From contig JAFTRE010000011.1 of the NCBI GenBank assembly GCA_017462385.1, forward strand, positions 24,391 to 88,390: a stretch of DNA of 64,000 nucleotides, in the 5' to 3' direction. Positions 54,397 to 64,000 of the stretch are shown piece by piece. Made by a program: the position numbers and the translations under genes. Under the pieces are notes generated by a model, which was not told the origin of the DNA, searched no databases, and saw only the letters and a program-made list of their open reading frames with translations. This stretch comes from Clostridia bacterium (GTDB lineage Bacteria > Bacillota > Clostridia > Oscillospirales > CAG-272). How positions within the stretch are numbered: position 1 is the stretch's first letter; every line of letters begins with the position of its first letter.

Positions 54397-56286
54397 TTAT
54401 GAAAACTGCGAATTATACAGCGAGCTGTAGAAGCCGCCGGACGCCATGAGCGTTTCGTGATTGCCCTGCTCGATGACATTTCCATCCTTAACGACGAGAA
54501 TTATATCCGCATTTTGTATCGTTGACAGTCTGTGCGCGATAACAAAGCAGGTGCGTCCGTCCATAAGCGAGCGCATAGCCTCCTGTATCTTTATCTCGGT
54601 TCTCGAGTCGACGTTTGAGGTCGCCTCGTCGAGTATAAGCATTGACGACTTGGGCAGCATTGCCCGCGCAATGGTTATAAGCTGCTTTTGTCCCTTGGAA
54701 ATATTGATACCGTCATCCGTCAGCACGGTATTATAGCCCTCGGGCAGTGCCTCGATAAAGGAGTGTATCTTTGCCGCTTTCGCCGCCGCGATTATCTCAT
54801 CCATAGTCGCGTCCGAGCGACCGTAGCTGATATTCTCGGCGATAGTCCCGCCGAACAGCCATGTCTCCTGAAGCACCATCGTGTAAGAACGCCGCAGGCT
54901 GTCGCGGGTGAAGTCGCGTATTTCGGTTCCGTCAACGTATATCTTTCCCGCATTCACATCGTAAAACCGCATGAGCAGGTTTATGATCGTAGTCTTGCCT
55001 GCACCTGTAGGTCCTACGATAGCAACCGTACTGCCCGGCTTTACGTCGATCGACAGGTCGTGCAGGATGGTCTTACCGGGAATATAACCGAATTTAACAT
55101 TTTGAAGCTGGACGTGTCCGTTCACATTTTCGGCCACTTTCCTGCCGCTGTAATCATTGTTTTGCTCACGGGAGGCGCTGAGCTGATCCTCGTCGGGCTC
55201 GTCGATAATGCGGAAAACGCGCTCCGCTGCAGACATTGCCGACTGCAATTCGCTGAGTATGTTGGCAAACTCATTTATTGGGCCTGCGAACTTGCGTGAG
55301 TACTGCACAAATGCCGAAACACCGCCAAGCGTCATAAAGAATATGGATGCCTCGGCGATAACTCCGTTCATGGAGTACATATAGCATATACCGCCGAGTA
55401 TGATAACCAGCGCCATTGAAAAGTTGTTGATAAAATTGACACCGGGGCCGATTATCGCGCCGTGATAGTCGGCATCGTAGTATGCATCCACCGCATCCTT
55501 GTTGCGCTCGTCAAAACGACCCGTGATAACATCCTCGCGTCCATACACCTTTATTGAACGCTGACCTGACAGCATCTCCTCGGCGTAACCGTTGAGCATG
55601 CCCAGCTTTATAGATCTCTTTTTGAAAAGAGGACGTATCTTCTTGGTCTTATATTTCGTAAATATGATGGACACTGGCACCGTCACCACAAACACAAGTA
55701 TAAGTGCAGGTGAGATGGAAAGCATCATAACAAGCGAGCCGACGACCGTTACGATGCTGGTGCATATCTGGAGCAGGTCATGAGACAGCGATGCGTTGAC
55801 GGTATCAACGTCATACGAGATATGGCTGATGATATCACCCGTGGCATGGGTATCAAAATATCCCACGGGAAGCTCGGTCAATCTGTTGAAAAGCTGACGG
55901 CGCATGGTATATATTATCTTCTGACTCAGCTTTACCATAATAACAGCAAGTATATAAGACATTATCGCCGACACAGCGTAGCATACAAGCAACAGTACAC
56001 AATACATTATAACGCTGCCCATATCCACCGCGCCCTCACCCGGCTTGATGACGTCTATCGCCGCACCCGACAGCTTGGGCGCTATGAGCGCCAGCACATT
56101 GGAGACAAGCATCAGGAAAAACGCCGCTACCACATACCATATATGCTCCAGCATATATTTGCCCAGACGGCGAAGCACCGCGGATTTTGTTTTGGAGTCT
56201 ATTTTTTCTTCGGGACGTGCGCTGTTAAGCGAGCGGGATTTGCCCATTCCGCCGCCACCGCCGCCCGGCATTCCACCGTTATTCAA
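54397..56286 (-). CDS. ABC exporter, fused permease/ATPase (heterodimer subunit B, paralogue)
   Basis: Walker A GPTGAGKTT, signature ISKGQKQL, Walker B MLILDEATS. Poly-Gly N-terminal tail (MNNGGMPGGGGGGMG). Start proposed at TTG 56286, 8 nt after GGGAGG, and uncertain. Confidence 0.88.
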   Translation of the reverse strand: MNNGGMPGGGGGGMGKSRSLNSARPEEKIDSKTKSAVLRRLGKYMLEHIWYVVAAFFLMLVSNVLALIAPKLSGAAIDVIKPGEGAVDMGSVIMYCVLLLVCYAVSAIMSYILAVIMVKLSQKIIYTMRRQLFNRLTELPVGYFDTHATGDIISHISYDVDTVNASLSHDLLQICTSIVTVVGSLVMMLSISPALILVFVVTVPVSIIFTKYKTKKIRPLFKKRSIKLGMLNGYAEEMLSGQRSIKVYGREDVITGRFDERNKDAVDAYYDADYHGAIIGPGVNFINNFSMALVIILGGICYMYSMNGVIAEASIFFMTLGGVSAFVQYSRKFAGPINEFANILSELQSAMSAAERVFRIIDEPDEDQLSASREQNNDYSGRKVAENVNGHVQLQNVKFGYIPGKTILHDLSIDVKPGSTVAIVGPTGAGKTTIINLLMRFYDVNAGKIYVDGTEIRDFTRDSLRRSYTMVLQETWLFGGTIAENISYGRSDATMDEIIAAAKAAKIHSFIEALPEGYNTVLTDDGINISKGQKQLITIARAMLPKSSMLILDEATSNVDSRTEIKIQEAMRSLMDGRTCFVIAHRLSTIQNADIILVVKDGNVIEQGNHETLMASGGFYSSLYNSQFS

Positions 56287-58006
56287 GGAAAGCACCTCCC
56301 ATCTGCGACATACTTATCTCGCGGTAGACCTCGCAGTCCCGCATGAGACTGTCGTGGTCTCCCATACCGATGATCTCGCCCTCGTCGAGGACGATAATAA
56401 CATCCGAGTTCATGACAGAGCTTATTCGCTGTGCCACGACTATGACCGTCATATCGTCACAGCCATCCGCTATCGCGCGGCGGAGGGCGGCGTCGGTCTT
56501 ATAGTCAAGTGCCGAGGAAGAATCGTCAAGTATCAAAATGTCGGGGCGCCCCGCAAGCGCGCGGGATATCAGCAGACGTTGCTTTTGCCCGCCGCTGATG
56601 TTTGTGCCCTTTGAGGTCAGCATGTGCTGCCAGCCGTCCTCAAATTTTTCGATAAAATCAGCCTGTGCCATGCGCGCCGCGCGTTCGAGGTCTTGGCGCT
56701 GTATATCCCGTCCGAACGAGACATTTTCCTCAACCGTGTCGGCATACAGAAAATCATGCTGCATGGCAACGCCGAATTTGGAGTGCAGCTCATCAGCGGG
56801 AATCGTGCGGATGTCGCGCCCGCCTATGCGGACACTACCCGAATCCACGTCATAAAGCCGCATGAGCAGAGATATGAGCGTTGTTTTACCCGAACCCGTC
56901 GCACCGATGATACCTAATGTGCCGCCGCGCTTGAGACGAAAGCTTATATCGGTGAGATTGTTTTTGGTTTTATTATATGAAAAGTTGACTTTATCAAAGG
57001 TAATATATCCCTCAGCACCGTCGGCGCGGGTGGGATAGTCAGCCGAGCTGCCTATGGGAAGATCCTCTCCGCACTGCAGTACCTCCGAGATTCGCCTTGC
57101 CGATGCAGCACTCTTGGTGAACATAACAAACATTCTCGTAATGCTCATCATTGCCTGCGAGATAAGAGTGAAATACTGCATAAATGTAAGTATTTTGCCC
57201 GGCTTGCTCAGTCCGCCGTCAACAAGTATAGCACCGACAAGTATGACCGCAACGATACCGAGGTTCATGAAAAACGTCATGAGAGGGTTGGACGCCGCCA
57301 TGGTGATACCGGCGCGCTTTTCATCCTCGACAAGCTGTCTGTTTACCCTATCGTACCTATCACGCTCATATGCCGTTTTTGACAGCGCCTTGATAACGCG
57401 AATTCCCTGAGCGTCCTCACGCACTACTCTCGTCATACCGTCGACCGACTTTTGCACCTGTGTATACAGTGGGACACCGCGGCGGGAGATAAGCCAAACC
57501 GAAATACCTATAAGCGGCAGTATGGAGAACATGACAAGTGACATTCTCCAGTCCACTATCATGGTAATGACAAAGCCGCCCATGAGCAGCATGGGCGCAC
57601 GCACACCGAGACGCTGTATCATACTGATAAAATGATGGAAATTATATGTATCCGATGTAAGGCGGGATTCGAGGCTGGGAACTGTGAACTTATCCACCTG
57701 CGCACCGGAAAGGCGCATAGTCTTATCAAACAGATCGTGACGCACCGCCTCAGAGGCGTTTCTCGCGACCTTGGATGCCATTCTGTTTGCACCGACATTC
57801 ATGACCACACCGCCAAAAGCACAAAGTATCATGATGCCGCCCCAGATAAGCACCTTGCCCGCATCCTCGAGGGGTACTACCTCATCGATGATATGTCCGA
57901 GTATGTAGGGCAGGAACAGCTCGAGCACCGTTCCTCCGCATTTGATAAACAAGCCCAACGCCATACGCGCATAAAAAGGCCTTAGATAACGAAGTAAATA
58001 TTTCAT
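56279..58006 (-). CDS. ABC exporter, fused permease/ATPase (heterodimer subunit A, paralogue)
   Basis: Walker A GATGSGKTT, signature ISGGQKQR, Walker B ILILDD. Start trimmed to MKYLLRYLRP (GGAGG SD). Confidence 0.9.
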   Translation of the reverse strand: MKYLLRYLRPFYARMALGLFIKCGGTVLELFLPYILGHIIDEVVPLEDAGKVLIWGGIMILCAFGGVVMNVGANRMASKVARNASEAVRHDLFDKTMRLSGAQVDKFTVPSLESRLTSDTYNFHHFISMIQRLGVRAPMLLMGGFVITMIVDWRMSLVMFSILPLIGISVWLISRRGVPLYTQVQKSVDGMTRVVREDAQGIRVIKALSKTAYERDRYDRVNRQLVEDEKRAGITMAASNPLMTFFMNLGIVAVILVGAILVDGGLSKPGKILTFMQYFTLISQAMMSITRMFVMFTKSAASARRISEVLQCGEDLPIGSSADYPTRADGAEGYITFDKVNFSYNKTKNNLTDISFRLKRGGTLGIIGATGSGKTTLISLLMRLYDVDSGSVRIGGRDIRTIPADELHSKFGVAMQHDFLYADTVEENVSFGRDIQRQDLERAARMAQADFIEKFEDGWQHMLTSKGTNISGGQKQRLLISRALAGRPDILILDDSSSALDYKTDAALRRAIADGCDDMTVIVVAQRISSVMNSDVIIVLDEGEIIGMGDHDSLMRDCEVYREISMSQMGGAFLE

Positions 58007-58022
58007 TTTGTGACCTCCGTTA

Positions 58023-58463
58023 TCAGTTTTCTTCAAACTCTTTGTTGACTGCGGCGGTAGCTCTTTGTGCTATGCGAGAGAGCATGGCGCTGAACTGCTC
58101 CATCTCCTCTTCGCTGAAATCCTCGGTCAGATATCTGTTCCAGCCACGCACGACCTCGCTGACGCGAGGTTGTACGTCATACGCCTTTTGAGTCGGAAAA
58201 ACAAGCGTCACGCGCTTATCCTCCTCACTCTGACGCCGCTCTACATACCCGTTTTTTTCAAGCTGTGCGAGATGGCGGGTGACATTGCTTTTATTGATGT
58301 AAATATGTCGGGCGAGCTGCTCCTGCGACTGCCCGGGCCTGCGACACAGCGTCAGTATATAGCTATAATGACAGCCACTGAGTCCCGTATCCGCAAGTGC
58401 ATCGTTGCGCACCATTGTGGAGCAACGGCCAATTATATTGATCTGTCTCATAAAAGACGGCAT
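58023..58463 (-). CDS. MarR family transcriptional regulator
   Basis: wHTH LARHIYINKSNVTRHLAQLEKNGYVERRQSEEDKRVTLVFPTQKA. Start trimmed to MPSFMRQ (AGGAGG SD). Confidence 0.85.
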   Translation of the reverse strand: MPSFMRQINIIGRCSTMVRNDALADTGLSGCHYSYILTLCRRPGQSQEQLARHIYINKSNVTRHLAQLEKNGYVERRQSEEDKRVTLVFPTQKAYDVQPRVSEVVRGWNRYLTEDFSEEEMEQFSAMLSRIAQRATAAVNKEFEEN

Positions 58464-58493
58464 ATTTTTCCTCCTGTCAAGCAGCAAGATTAG

Positions 58494-58542
58494 TTGCGTT
58501 CGCAACCGATTTAATTATAACAATGTTTAGATTGTTTGTCAA
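58494..58542 (-). promoter_or_regulatory. promoter plus two palindromes (candidate MarR operators)
   Basis: Minus strand TTGACA (58542-58537), 17 nt containing AACAAT-N6-ATTGTT, TATAAT (58519-58514). Then GTTGCG-AA-CGCAAC (58507-58494). Confidence 0.65.
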
Positions 58543-58595
58543 TAGGTGTGCCGGGATTTATTTTAATATTTTAATGTAATAAAATTTATGCACGT

Positions 58596-58631
58596 AAAAA
58601 TCGCGCCTGTCATTTGACAGGCGCGATTTTT
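58596..58631. terminator. terminator after asnA
   Basis: AAAAATCGCGCCTGTCA-loop-TGACAGGCGCGATTTTT. Confidence 0.85.
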
Positions 58632-58636
58632 ATCAT

Positions 58637-59641
58637 TTATAATAAATATATATCGTTTTCTGCGCAAATACGATGAGTCTCGGCATCCCAGAACGAGGAC
58701 TGCACCTCACCGATATGTGCCTTGCGCAAAAAGAACATACACATTCTCGACTGGCCAATGCCGCCGCCAATGGTATAAGGCAATTCGCCGTTCAGCAATG
58801 CGCGATGGAAAGGCAGCTCGGCGCGCTCGGGACAGCCCGCCTCGTCAAGCTGGCGCAGCAGTGCCGCTTCATCAACGCGAACGCCCATGGACGACAGCTC
58901 AAGCGCAATATCAAGCACGGGATAGTAAACAATAATATCGCCGTTGAGCGTCCAGTCATCATAGTCGGGCGCACGACCGTCATGTATCTTGCCCGAGCGC
59001 AATTTACCGCCTATCTGCATGATGCAGACAGCTCCATATTCACGTGCGGCGAGATATTCGCGCTCCTTGGGGGTCTTGTCGGGGTAACGATCCTCAAGCT
59101 GTTGAGATGTAATAAACTCTATTTTCTCGGGCAGCATACGATCGATAAAATTATAATCGTCCGCTATAAATATCTCGGTGTGACGCAACGACGCGTATAT
59201 CAATTTAACCGCGTGGCGGAAGGTCTCGGGGGTTCTGTCCTCATGTCTGATGACTTTCTCCCAGTCCCACTGATCTACGAATATCGAATGTATATTGTCG
59301 GTTTCCTCGTCGCGGCGGATAGCGTTCATGTCGGTATAAAGCCCCTCGTCAGGCTCAAAACCGTAATTTTTCAGCGCCTGACGTTTCCACTTTGCAAGTG
59401 AATGAACTATCTCGAAATTCTCACCCGAATGAATAGAAAAATGAACGGGGCGCTCAACGCCGTTAAGATTATCGTTAAGACCGCTTGCGGCATCGACAAA
59501 AAGCGGTGCCGAAACACGGGTCAGATTAAGCTGTATAGCAAGATCGCGCTCAAAAAAATCCTTGACCTTCTTAATTGCGACCTCTGTTTGGCGCAATGAG
59601 AGCTGCGGCTTATAGCCCGCCGGAATATCAAGCTTTGACAT
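58637..59641 (-). CDS. asnA: aspartate--ammonia ligase (asparagine synthetase A)
   Basis: 334 aa. LSLRQTEVAIKKVKDFFE, SLAKWKR, DWDWEKVI and GGGIGQSRMCMFFL are typical of AsnA. Confidence 0.93.
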   Translation of the reverse strand: MSKLDIPAGYKPQLSLRQTEVAIKKVKDFFERDLAIQLNLTRVSAPLFVDAASGLNDNLNGVERPVHFSIHSGENFEIVHSLAKWKRQALKNYGFEPDEGLYTDMNAIRRDEETDNIHSIFVDQWDWEKVIRHEDRTPETFRHAVKLIYASLRHTEIFIADDYNFIDRMLPEKIEFITSQQLEDRYPDKTPKEREYLAAREYGAVCIMQIGGKLRSGKIHDGRAPDYDDWTLNGDIIVYYPVLDIALELSSMGVRVDEAALLRQLDEAGCPERAELPFHRALLNGELPYTIGGGIGQSRMCMFFLRKAHIGEVQSSFWDAETHRICAENDIYLL

Positions 59642-59677
59642 ATCGGGACTCCTCCGATGAAAATATAATAATATAGT

Positions 59678-59706
59678 ATTATATCACGATAATGCAAGGC
59701 TGTCAA
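59678..59706 (-). promoter_or_regulatory. sigma-A type promoter for asnA
   Basis: Minus strand TTGACA, 17 nt, TATAAT. Confidence 0.7.
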
Positions 59707-59728
59707 TCTTTTTTGATAAATCCAGGGC

Positions 59729-60991
59729 TCAATTCTTTATTATATCCGCCAGCTCCTCAGCGCACAGTCTTGCCGCCGCCTTTGCCTCAGACAGATAATT
59801 ACCGCTGGTTCCCACCTCAAGCAGCATAGAAACGGGTGCATACTGCTGATTATACGCCGACGAGCGCAAATAAACCGGGCGACATAGCTTTTCATATTTA
59901 GCATTGAGCGCCGAGCGTAATTTGAGCGCGAACGACAAATTATCTTGCCAATCGGGATAGTCCGCTCCACCCCAGTCGCTTCCAACTACGCACATGACCT
60001 GCGCCGCCGTCTCGCCCTCCACCCGCGTCACGGGGCGAAGCAGCGAGCCTGCCGAGTTGGTAACGGAATCCCGATGTACGTCTATTACATATTTAATTGA
60101 AGGATACTTTGCAAGATATTCGCGTATGGTCGCCGCCGAGCGGCTGTAGGAATCGCGGTAGGATTCCGCATCGTGCATGGTAGTACAATGCAGAGTCCTC
60201 ACGCCGTTTTCATTGAGCACCTCAGCTATCACAGCACCGACGGCTACAACATTCTGCGTTATATCCGACGAGCGCGCCAGCTCACTGACACCGTCATAAG
60301 AAATACTGCCCTCGGGGCTGTACGCCTCGGTACCGTGCGTGTGTATGATAAGCACAACGGGATCTCCTACGGGATATATCGCCGCATTGAGATAGTCAAA
60401 CTTGGGCAATGTGTCGGCTTTGAGCAACGCATCTATCGACGGCGCATAGGAGGTATCATTATATATGTAGCCTTCTCCGTAGGACGACAGGCTGAGGTCA
60501 TAAGGCACTATTGCAGTCTCTCCCGAAGGCACGAGCGCGTAGTCAAATTCATATATATCCTTTGTCGGAGAGACAGAGCCGCCGTCAGGCGCAGACGTAG
60601 TCGGTGCATGCGCGGTATCATCGGGAAGCGGCGCGGGTGTCGTGACTGAGGGAAGTGTCGTCCCCGCAGAACTGCCCGACATAAGTCCGAGCATTTGCTT
60701 GAGCACATCGACCAGATCACTGCCATATCCCGACGGCGCGGTGGTGACAGCAGACGGCGCCGATGTCGTGCCCCCGCCGAACGTGACATCCACAGCTCCA
60801 TCCGCATCGTTTGCCATACTGAAGCCGACGCCAAAGCAACACAGTATAAATATCAGCGCAAAGATAGACATACCGAGCGCTATCAACCGCATAAATCCTC
60901 TGCCCGCACGACCTATCTCGCGCACCGTCGACCGAGCGCCGCCGTCGGACAGCATTTTTTGTTCAAATACCTCTACCCGTTCCTTTTCCAT
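59729..60991 (-). CDS. spoIIP: stage II sporulation protein P
   Basis: N-terminal TM, low-complexity stalk, VLIIHTHGTEAY and VIDVHRDS amidase-like motifs. Confidence 0.88.
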   Translation of the reverse strand: MEKERVEVFEQKMLSDGGARSTVREIGRAGRGFMRLIALGMSIFALIFILCCFGVGFSMANDADGAVDVTFGGGTTSAPSAVTTAPSGYGSDLVDVLKQMLGLMSGSSAGTTLPSVTTPAPLPDDTAHAPTTSAPDGGSVSPTKDIYEFDYALVPSGETAIVPYDLSLSSYGEGYIYNDTSYAPSIDALLKADTLPKFDYLNAAIYPVGDPVVLIIHTHGTEAYSPEGSISYDGVSELARSSDITQNVVAVGAVIAEVLNENGVRTLHCTTMHDAESYRDSYSRSAATIREYLAKYPSIKYVIDVHRDSVTNSAGSLLRPVTRVEGETAAQVMCVVGSDWGGADYPDWQDNLSFALKLRSALNAKYEKLCRPVYLRSSAYNQQYAPVSMLLEVGTSGNYLSEAKAAARLCAEELADIIKN

Positions 60992-61071
60992 ATTTGTCTC
61001 CGTTTCTCACATAATAAACGGCCGTGCCGTTGATTGATTATATGCAGAACAGGGCGGGCTTATTACCGAGC

Positions 61072-61959
61072 TTATTTAAGCGTAAACGCCTGACCTATCG
61101 CGCGGGCAAGCAGTGCCGAGACCTTTTTTGCGATAACGTCGCTCTCCTTTGGTGATACAAAAAACTCTCTGCCCTCCTCCAGCACCTCCCTGAGCTCTCG
61201 GCTCACCTTTCCGACTCCCGCGCGCGACAGCGCGTCATACACCAGTGTTGCCGAATCTACCACCGTCGGCACTCCGAGCGCCAGGACGGGCACACCGACT
61301 GTGTCGCGGCAGATGGCGCGGCGGTTGTTTCCGATACCCGAGCCGGGGTTGATGCCGTTGTCGGAAAGCTGAACGGTGGACGCCAGCCTTGTCACCGAGC
61401 GCGCTGCCAGAGCGTCGATAGCGATTATTATGTCCGGTTTGGCATTTTCTGCCGCACCGCGCACCAGCTCGACCGTCTCGATGCCCGTTTGCCCCAAGAC
61501 TCCGGGAGACAGCGCCGATATGGCACATACGCCTATCTGCTCATATGCGTCGGGAAGGTAGGTGCGCAAATGACGCGTCACCTCAAGTCGGCGAACGGTG
61601 CCGGGACCGATGGCATCAGCAGTTATCTCGTCATTTCCAAGCCCTGCAACAAGCACGCCAAAATCGCGGTCAAGAGCCCGCCCGCAAATGTCCCGCGTCA
61701 TACGCCGCAACTCCGCCGCCAAAACATCGCTGACCTCGTCCGCCCGCTCGTCGTCAAACTCCCACATACGCCCGCAGGATACGGTTACATACCGTCCCCG
61801 CGGCTTGCCGTACATCTCCTCACCTTTTTTTCCGCGTATAAACAGGCGGGATATTACACACCCGCCGCGTGTCTCCTCCGACAGGTCTGTTCCTCCGCTC
61901 TCACCCACACTTTCGAGCGCAAGGTCTGTGTGCGCATAAGAAACGTCTCCAATATTCAT
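61072..61959 (-). CDS. gpr: GPR endopeptidase (spore germination protease)
   Basis: HTDLALES N-terminus, VLVAGLGNDEITADAIGP and IIAIDALAARS. Confidence 0.9.
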   Translation of the reverse strand: MNIGDVSYAHTDLALESVGESGGTDLSEETRGGCVISRLFIRGKKGEEMYGKPRGRYVTVSCGRMWEFDDERADEVSDVLAAELRRMTRDICGRALDRDFGVLVAGLGNDEITADAIGPGTVRRLEVTRHLRTYLPDAYEQIGVCAISALSPGVLGQTGIETVELVRGAAENAKPDIIIAIDALAARSVTRLASTVQLSDNGINPGSGIGNNRRAICRDTVGVPVLALGVPTVVDSATLVYDALSRAGVGKVSRELREVLEEGREFFVSPKESDVIAKKVSALLARAIGQAFTLK

Positions 61960-62186
61960 AAAAAGCCCCCTAAATCTACGATATGTACACTAAATTTCGA
62001 AAAATTATGAGGAATTGGTCTTTTCGCTCTTGCTTTTTTGGCAGTTTTCATTTATAATATATTAGTCAGGAAGGCAAACCGACGCTCTATGCCTTATTAT
62101 TCTACTTTGTTGTGTGAAAATTGCACAGTTATTGGAGCCAGATATTGTGCAAACATCCGAATATTTTTGATATCGTCGATTATTCA

Positions 62187-62215
62187 TTGATAAAATCGGA
62201 GTTTAATGTTATAAT
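62187..62215 (+). promoter_or_regulatory. sigma-A type promoter for the SBP gene
   Basis: TTGATA, 17 nt, TATAAT. Confidence 0.65.
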
Positions 62216-62286
62216 GTAAAGAGCAATATTGTTTGTTTTTCAATATTTACGATTTTCTTTTTTGCTAAGGAGGATGTTCCAAACTA

Positions 62287-64000
62287 TGAAGCGTTTTATT
62301 TCCATTCTTCTCTGTTTACTGATGGTGATCCCGTTGTTGGTGGCATGTTCAAACGACGACGCCAAACAGCAAGAGGAGGAAGAAGAGGACAAGGGTGCAT
62401 ACATAAAAATGTACCTTGCCGATGTTGTATATGACCTTGACCCCGCCTACTCGCTCAACAACAAGTCTACTCAAAAGCTCACCAGCCTGATGTTTTCCGG
62501 TCTTACCAAGCTCAATGAAAACGGCAAGGTTGTAAAAGACCTGGCAAAGAGCATCAAGATCACGGAAAACGAAGAAGCCAAAGAATATAAAATGATCATC
62601 GTTCTGAACGACACTTACTGGAGTGACGGTATCAGTGTTGACGCCGCAGACGTCATCTATGCGTGGAAACGCATACTCGATGTTGAAAATTCCAACAGTG
62701 CCGCTCCGTTGCTGTTTGATATCAAGAACGCCCGTGCCGTCGTTGAAGGCGACTGCTCAATCGATGACCTGGGTATCTCCGACCCCGCGCAGAACACGCT
62801 TGAGATCACCTTCGAAGGCAAGATAGATTATGATCAGTTCCTGCTCAACCTGACCAGCCCCGCGCTCGTTCCTCTGCGCGAGGACATAGTTGAGAAAAAC
62901 AATGACTGGGCAAAGAAATCGGCTACCATAGTTTGCAGCGGTCCTTTCACTCTCCGTTCCACCAACTACACCCCCGGTGAGGAGTCCATGACACTGGAGC
63001 GTAACGCTTACTACTTCCGCGACAAGGAAAAGGACGCCATCGACGTTTCCGTTACTCCCTACAGACTTATAATTGATTTCTCGGCAACCGACGAAGAGCT
63101 TCAGACCATGTTCAACAACGGCGAGCTGTTCTACATAGGCGAGATACCACTCTCTCTGCGTGCGTCTTATGCTGATGTCGCCGAGATAACCGACGAAATG
63201 TCCACACACACTTACTTCCTCAACCAGGAAGCCTACATTTTGAACGGCGGCAAGGATGCGAACGGAAATCCCACGGGTGACTTCCTGTTTGCAAACGAAA
63301 ATGTCAGAAAAGCACTTTCACTCGCAATCGACCGTCAGGCTATCGCCGACGCGGTAGTATTCGCAAAAGCCGCTACCGGTCTTGTTCCCTACGGTGTATT
63401 TGATTCTTCCTCCGCAAAAAGTCTGTTCAGAGAATCCGTAGGCGATATCATCGCAACAAATGCGGATATGTCCGCCGCACAGTCCGCGCTGGCGGCTTCC
63501 GGCATTACCGCATCCAACTACAGCTTCTCCATCTCGGTAAGAGCCGAGGATGAGGTTCATGTTCTCATAGCAGAGACAGTTGCCGCTGCATGGAACTCGC
63601 TCGGCTTCAAGGTATCTGTTAAAAAGATCGAATCCATCGAAAACGATGACATGAACAAGCTGACCGCAGAGGTCGCTACCGATATCCGCGACGATATCTT
63701 CAACGAAAACTTCTATAGCGGCGACTTTGAGGTTATCGCCATAGATTATGTAGTAGCTTCTCCCGATCCTTTCTCCGTGCTTGCCCCCTTTGCAAAGGCA
63801 TTTGCAGGTCAGGCAATCAACATGGAAACTCTCAACTATGCACTCATGCCCCACATCACCGGCTATGACAACGAACAATACAACGCACTCATAGAAGAGA
63901 TATTTGCAGAGAAGGATTACAGCGCAAGAGTGGAAAAGCTGCACGAGGCTGAAAAGCTGCTGGTCGAGACCATGCCCGTAATTCCGATCATCTTCAATCA
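62287..64000 (+). CDS. peptide/oligopeptide ABC transporter substrate-binding lipoprotein (family 5), 3' end outside window
   Basis: Absent from the ORF track because it has no stop in the window; read manually. AAGGAGG SD, MKRFISILLCLLMVIPLLVAC lipobox. TYWSDGISVDAADVIYAWKR and the LERNAYYF pattern match the SBP_bac_5 family. Confidence 0.88.

Noticed and set aside
61960-62040. Forespore (sigma-F/G) promoter upstream of gpr
   Set aside because: It is expected biologically, but I could only find weak matches (CATATCGTA-like -10). That is not enough to place it.

Overview
64-kb chromosomal segment of a fairly GC-rich, endospore-forming Firmicute. Gene content is Clostridia-type: spoIVA, spoIVB, spoIIP, gpr, CIRCE-controlled groESL and a T-box thrS. 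I can support 61 protein-coding genes. They are densely packed and mostly housekeeping: valS 3' end, thrS, mgsA, glyA, coaD, rsmD, uvrC, ptsH, rimM-trmD, yajC, rpsT, ogt, groESL, TrkH/TrkA K+ uptake, ald and asnA. There are also two paralogous MarR + heterodimeric ABC-exporter operons, a sigma/anti-sigma pair, several HTH regulators, and many clean sigma-A promoters and hairpin terminators. I saw no rRNA, tRNA, CRISPR array, transposase or integrase, and no canonical defence system. Three regions stand out. (i) An envelope-acylation neighbourhood at 40.9-48.7 kb. It holds an MBOAT O-acyltransferase and a 740-aa tandem-duplicated DHHW/AlgX-like partner in which the catalytic D-H-H-W and D-S motifs appear substituted in both halves. 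Around these sit a sigma-region-4-like HTH gene, a Cys-bearing Rrf2 regulator and a His15-less HPr-like gene. The neighbourhood ends with an 883-aa surface protein carrying four unassigned ~125-aa repeats, an intact SGNH domain and a GGCGGS/TM/KKK C-terminal anchor. (ii) An AT-rich ~2-kb island (about 50.64-52.65 kb) with an APH-like kinase, a membrane-tethered XRE regulator and an embedded GC-rich block of four stable hairpins. (iii) A promoter-sORF-terminator attenuator in front of a SAM-methyltransferase/GNAT pair. All functional calls come from by-eye motif recognition on the supplied translations and the raw sequence. No database search was run. Many ORF-track starts were trimmed to the first start codon with a plausible Shine-Dalgarno.
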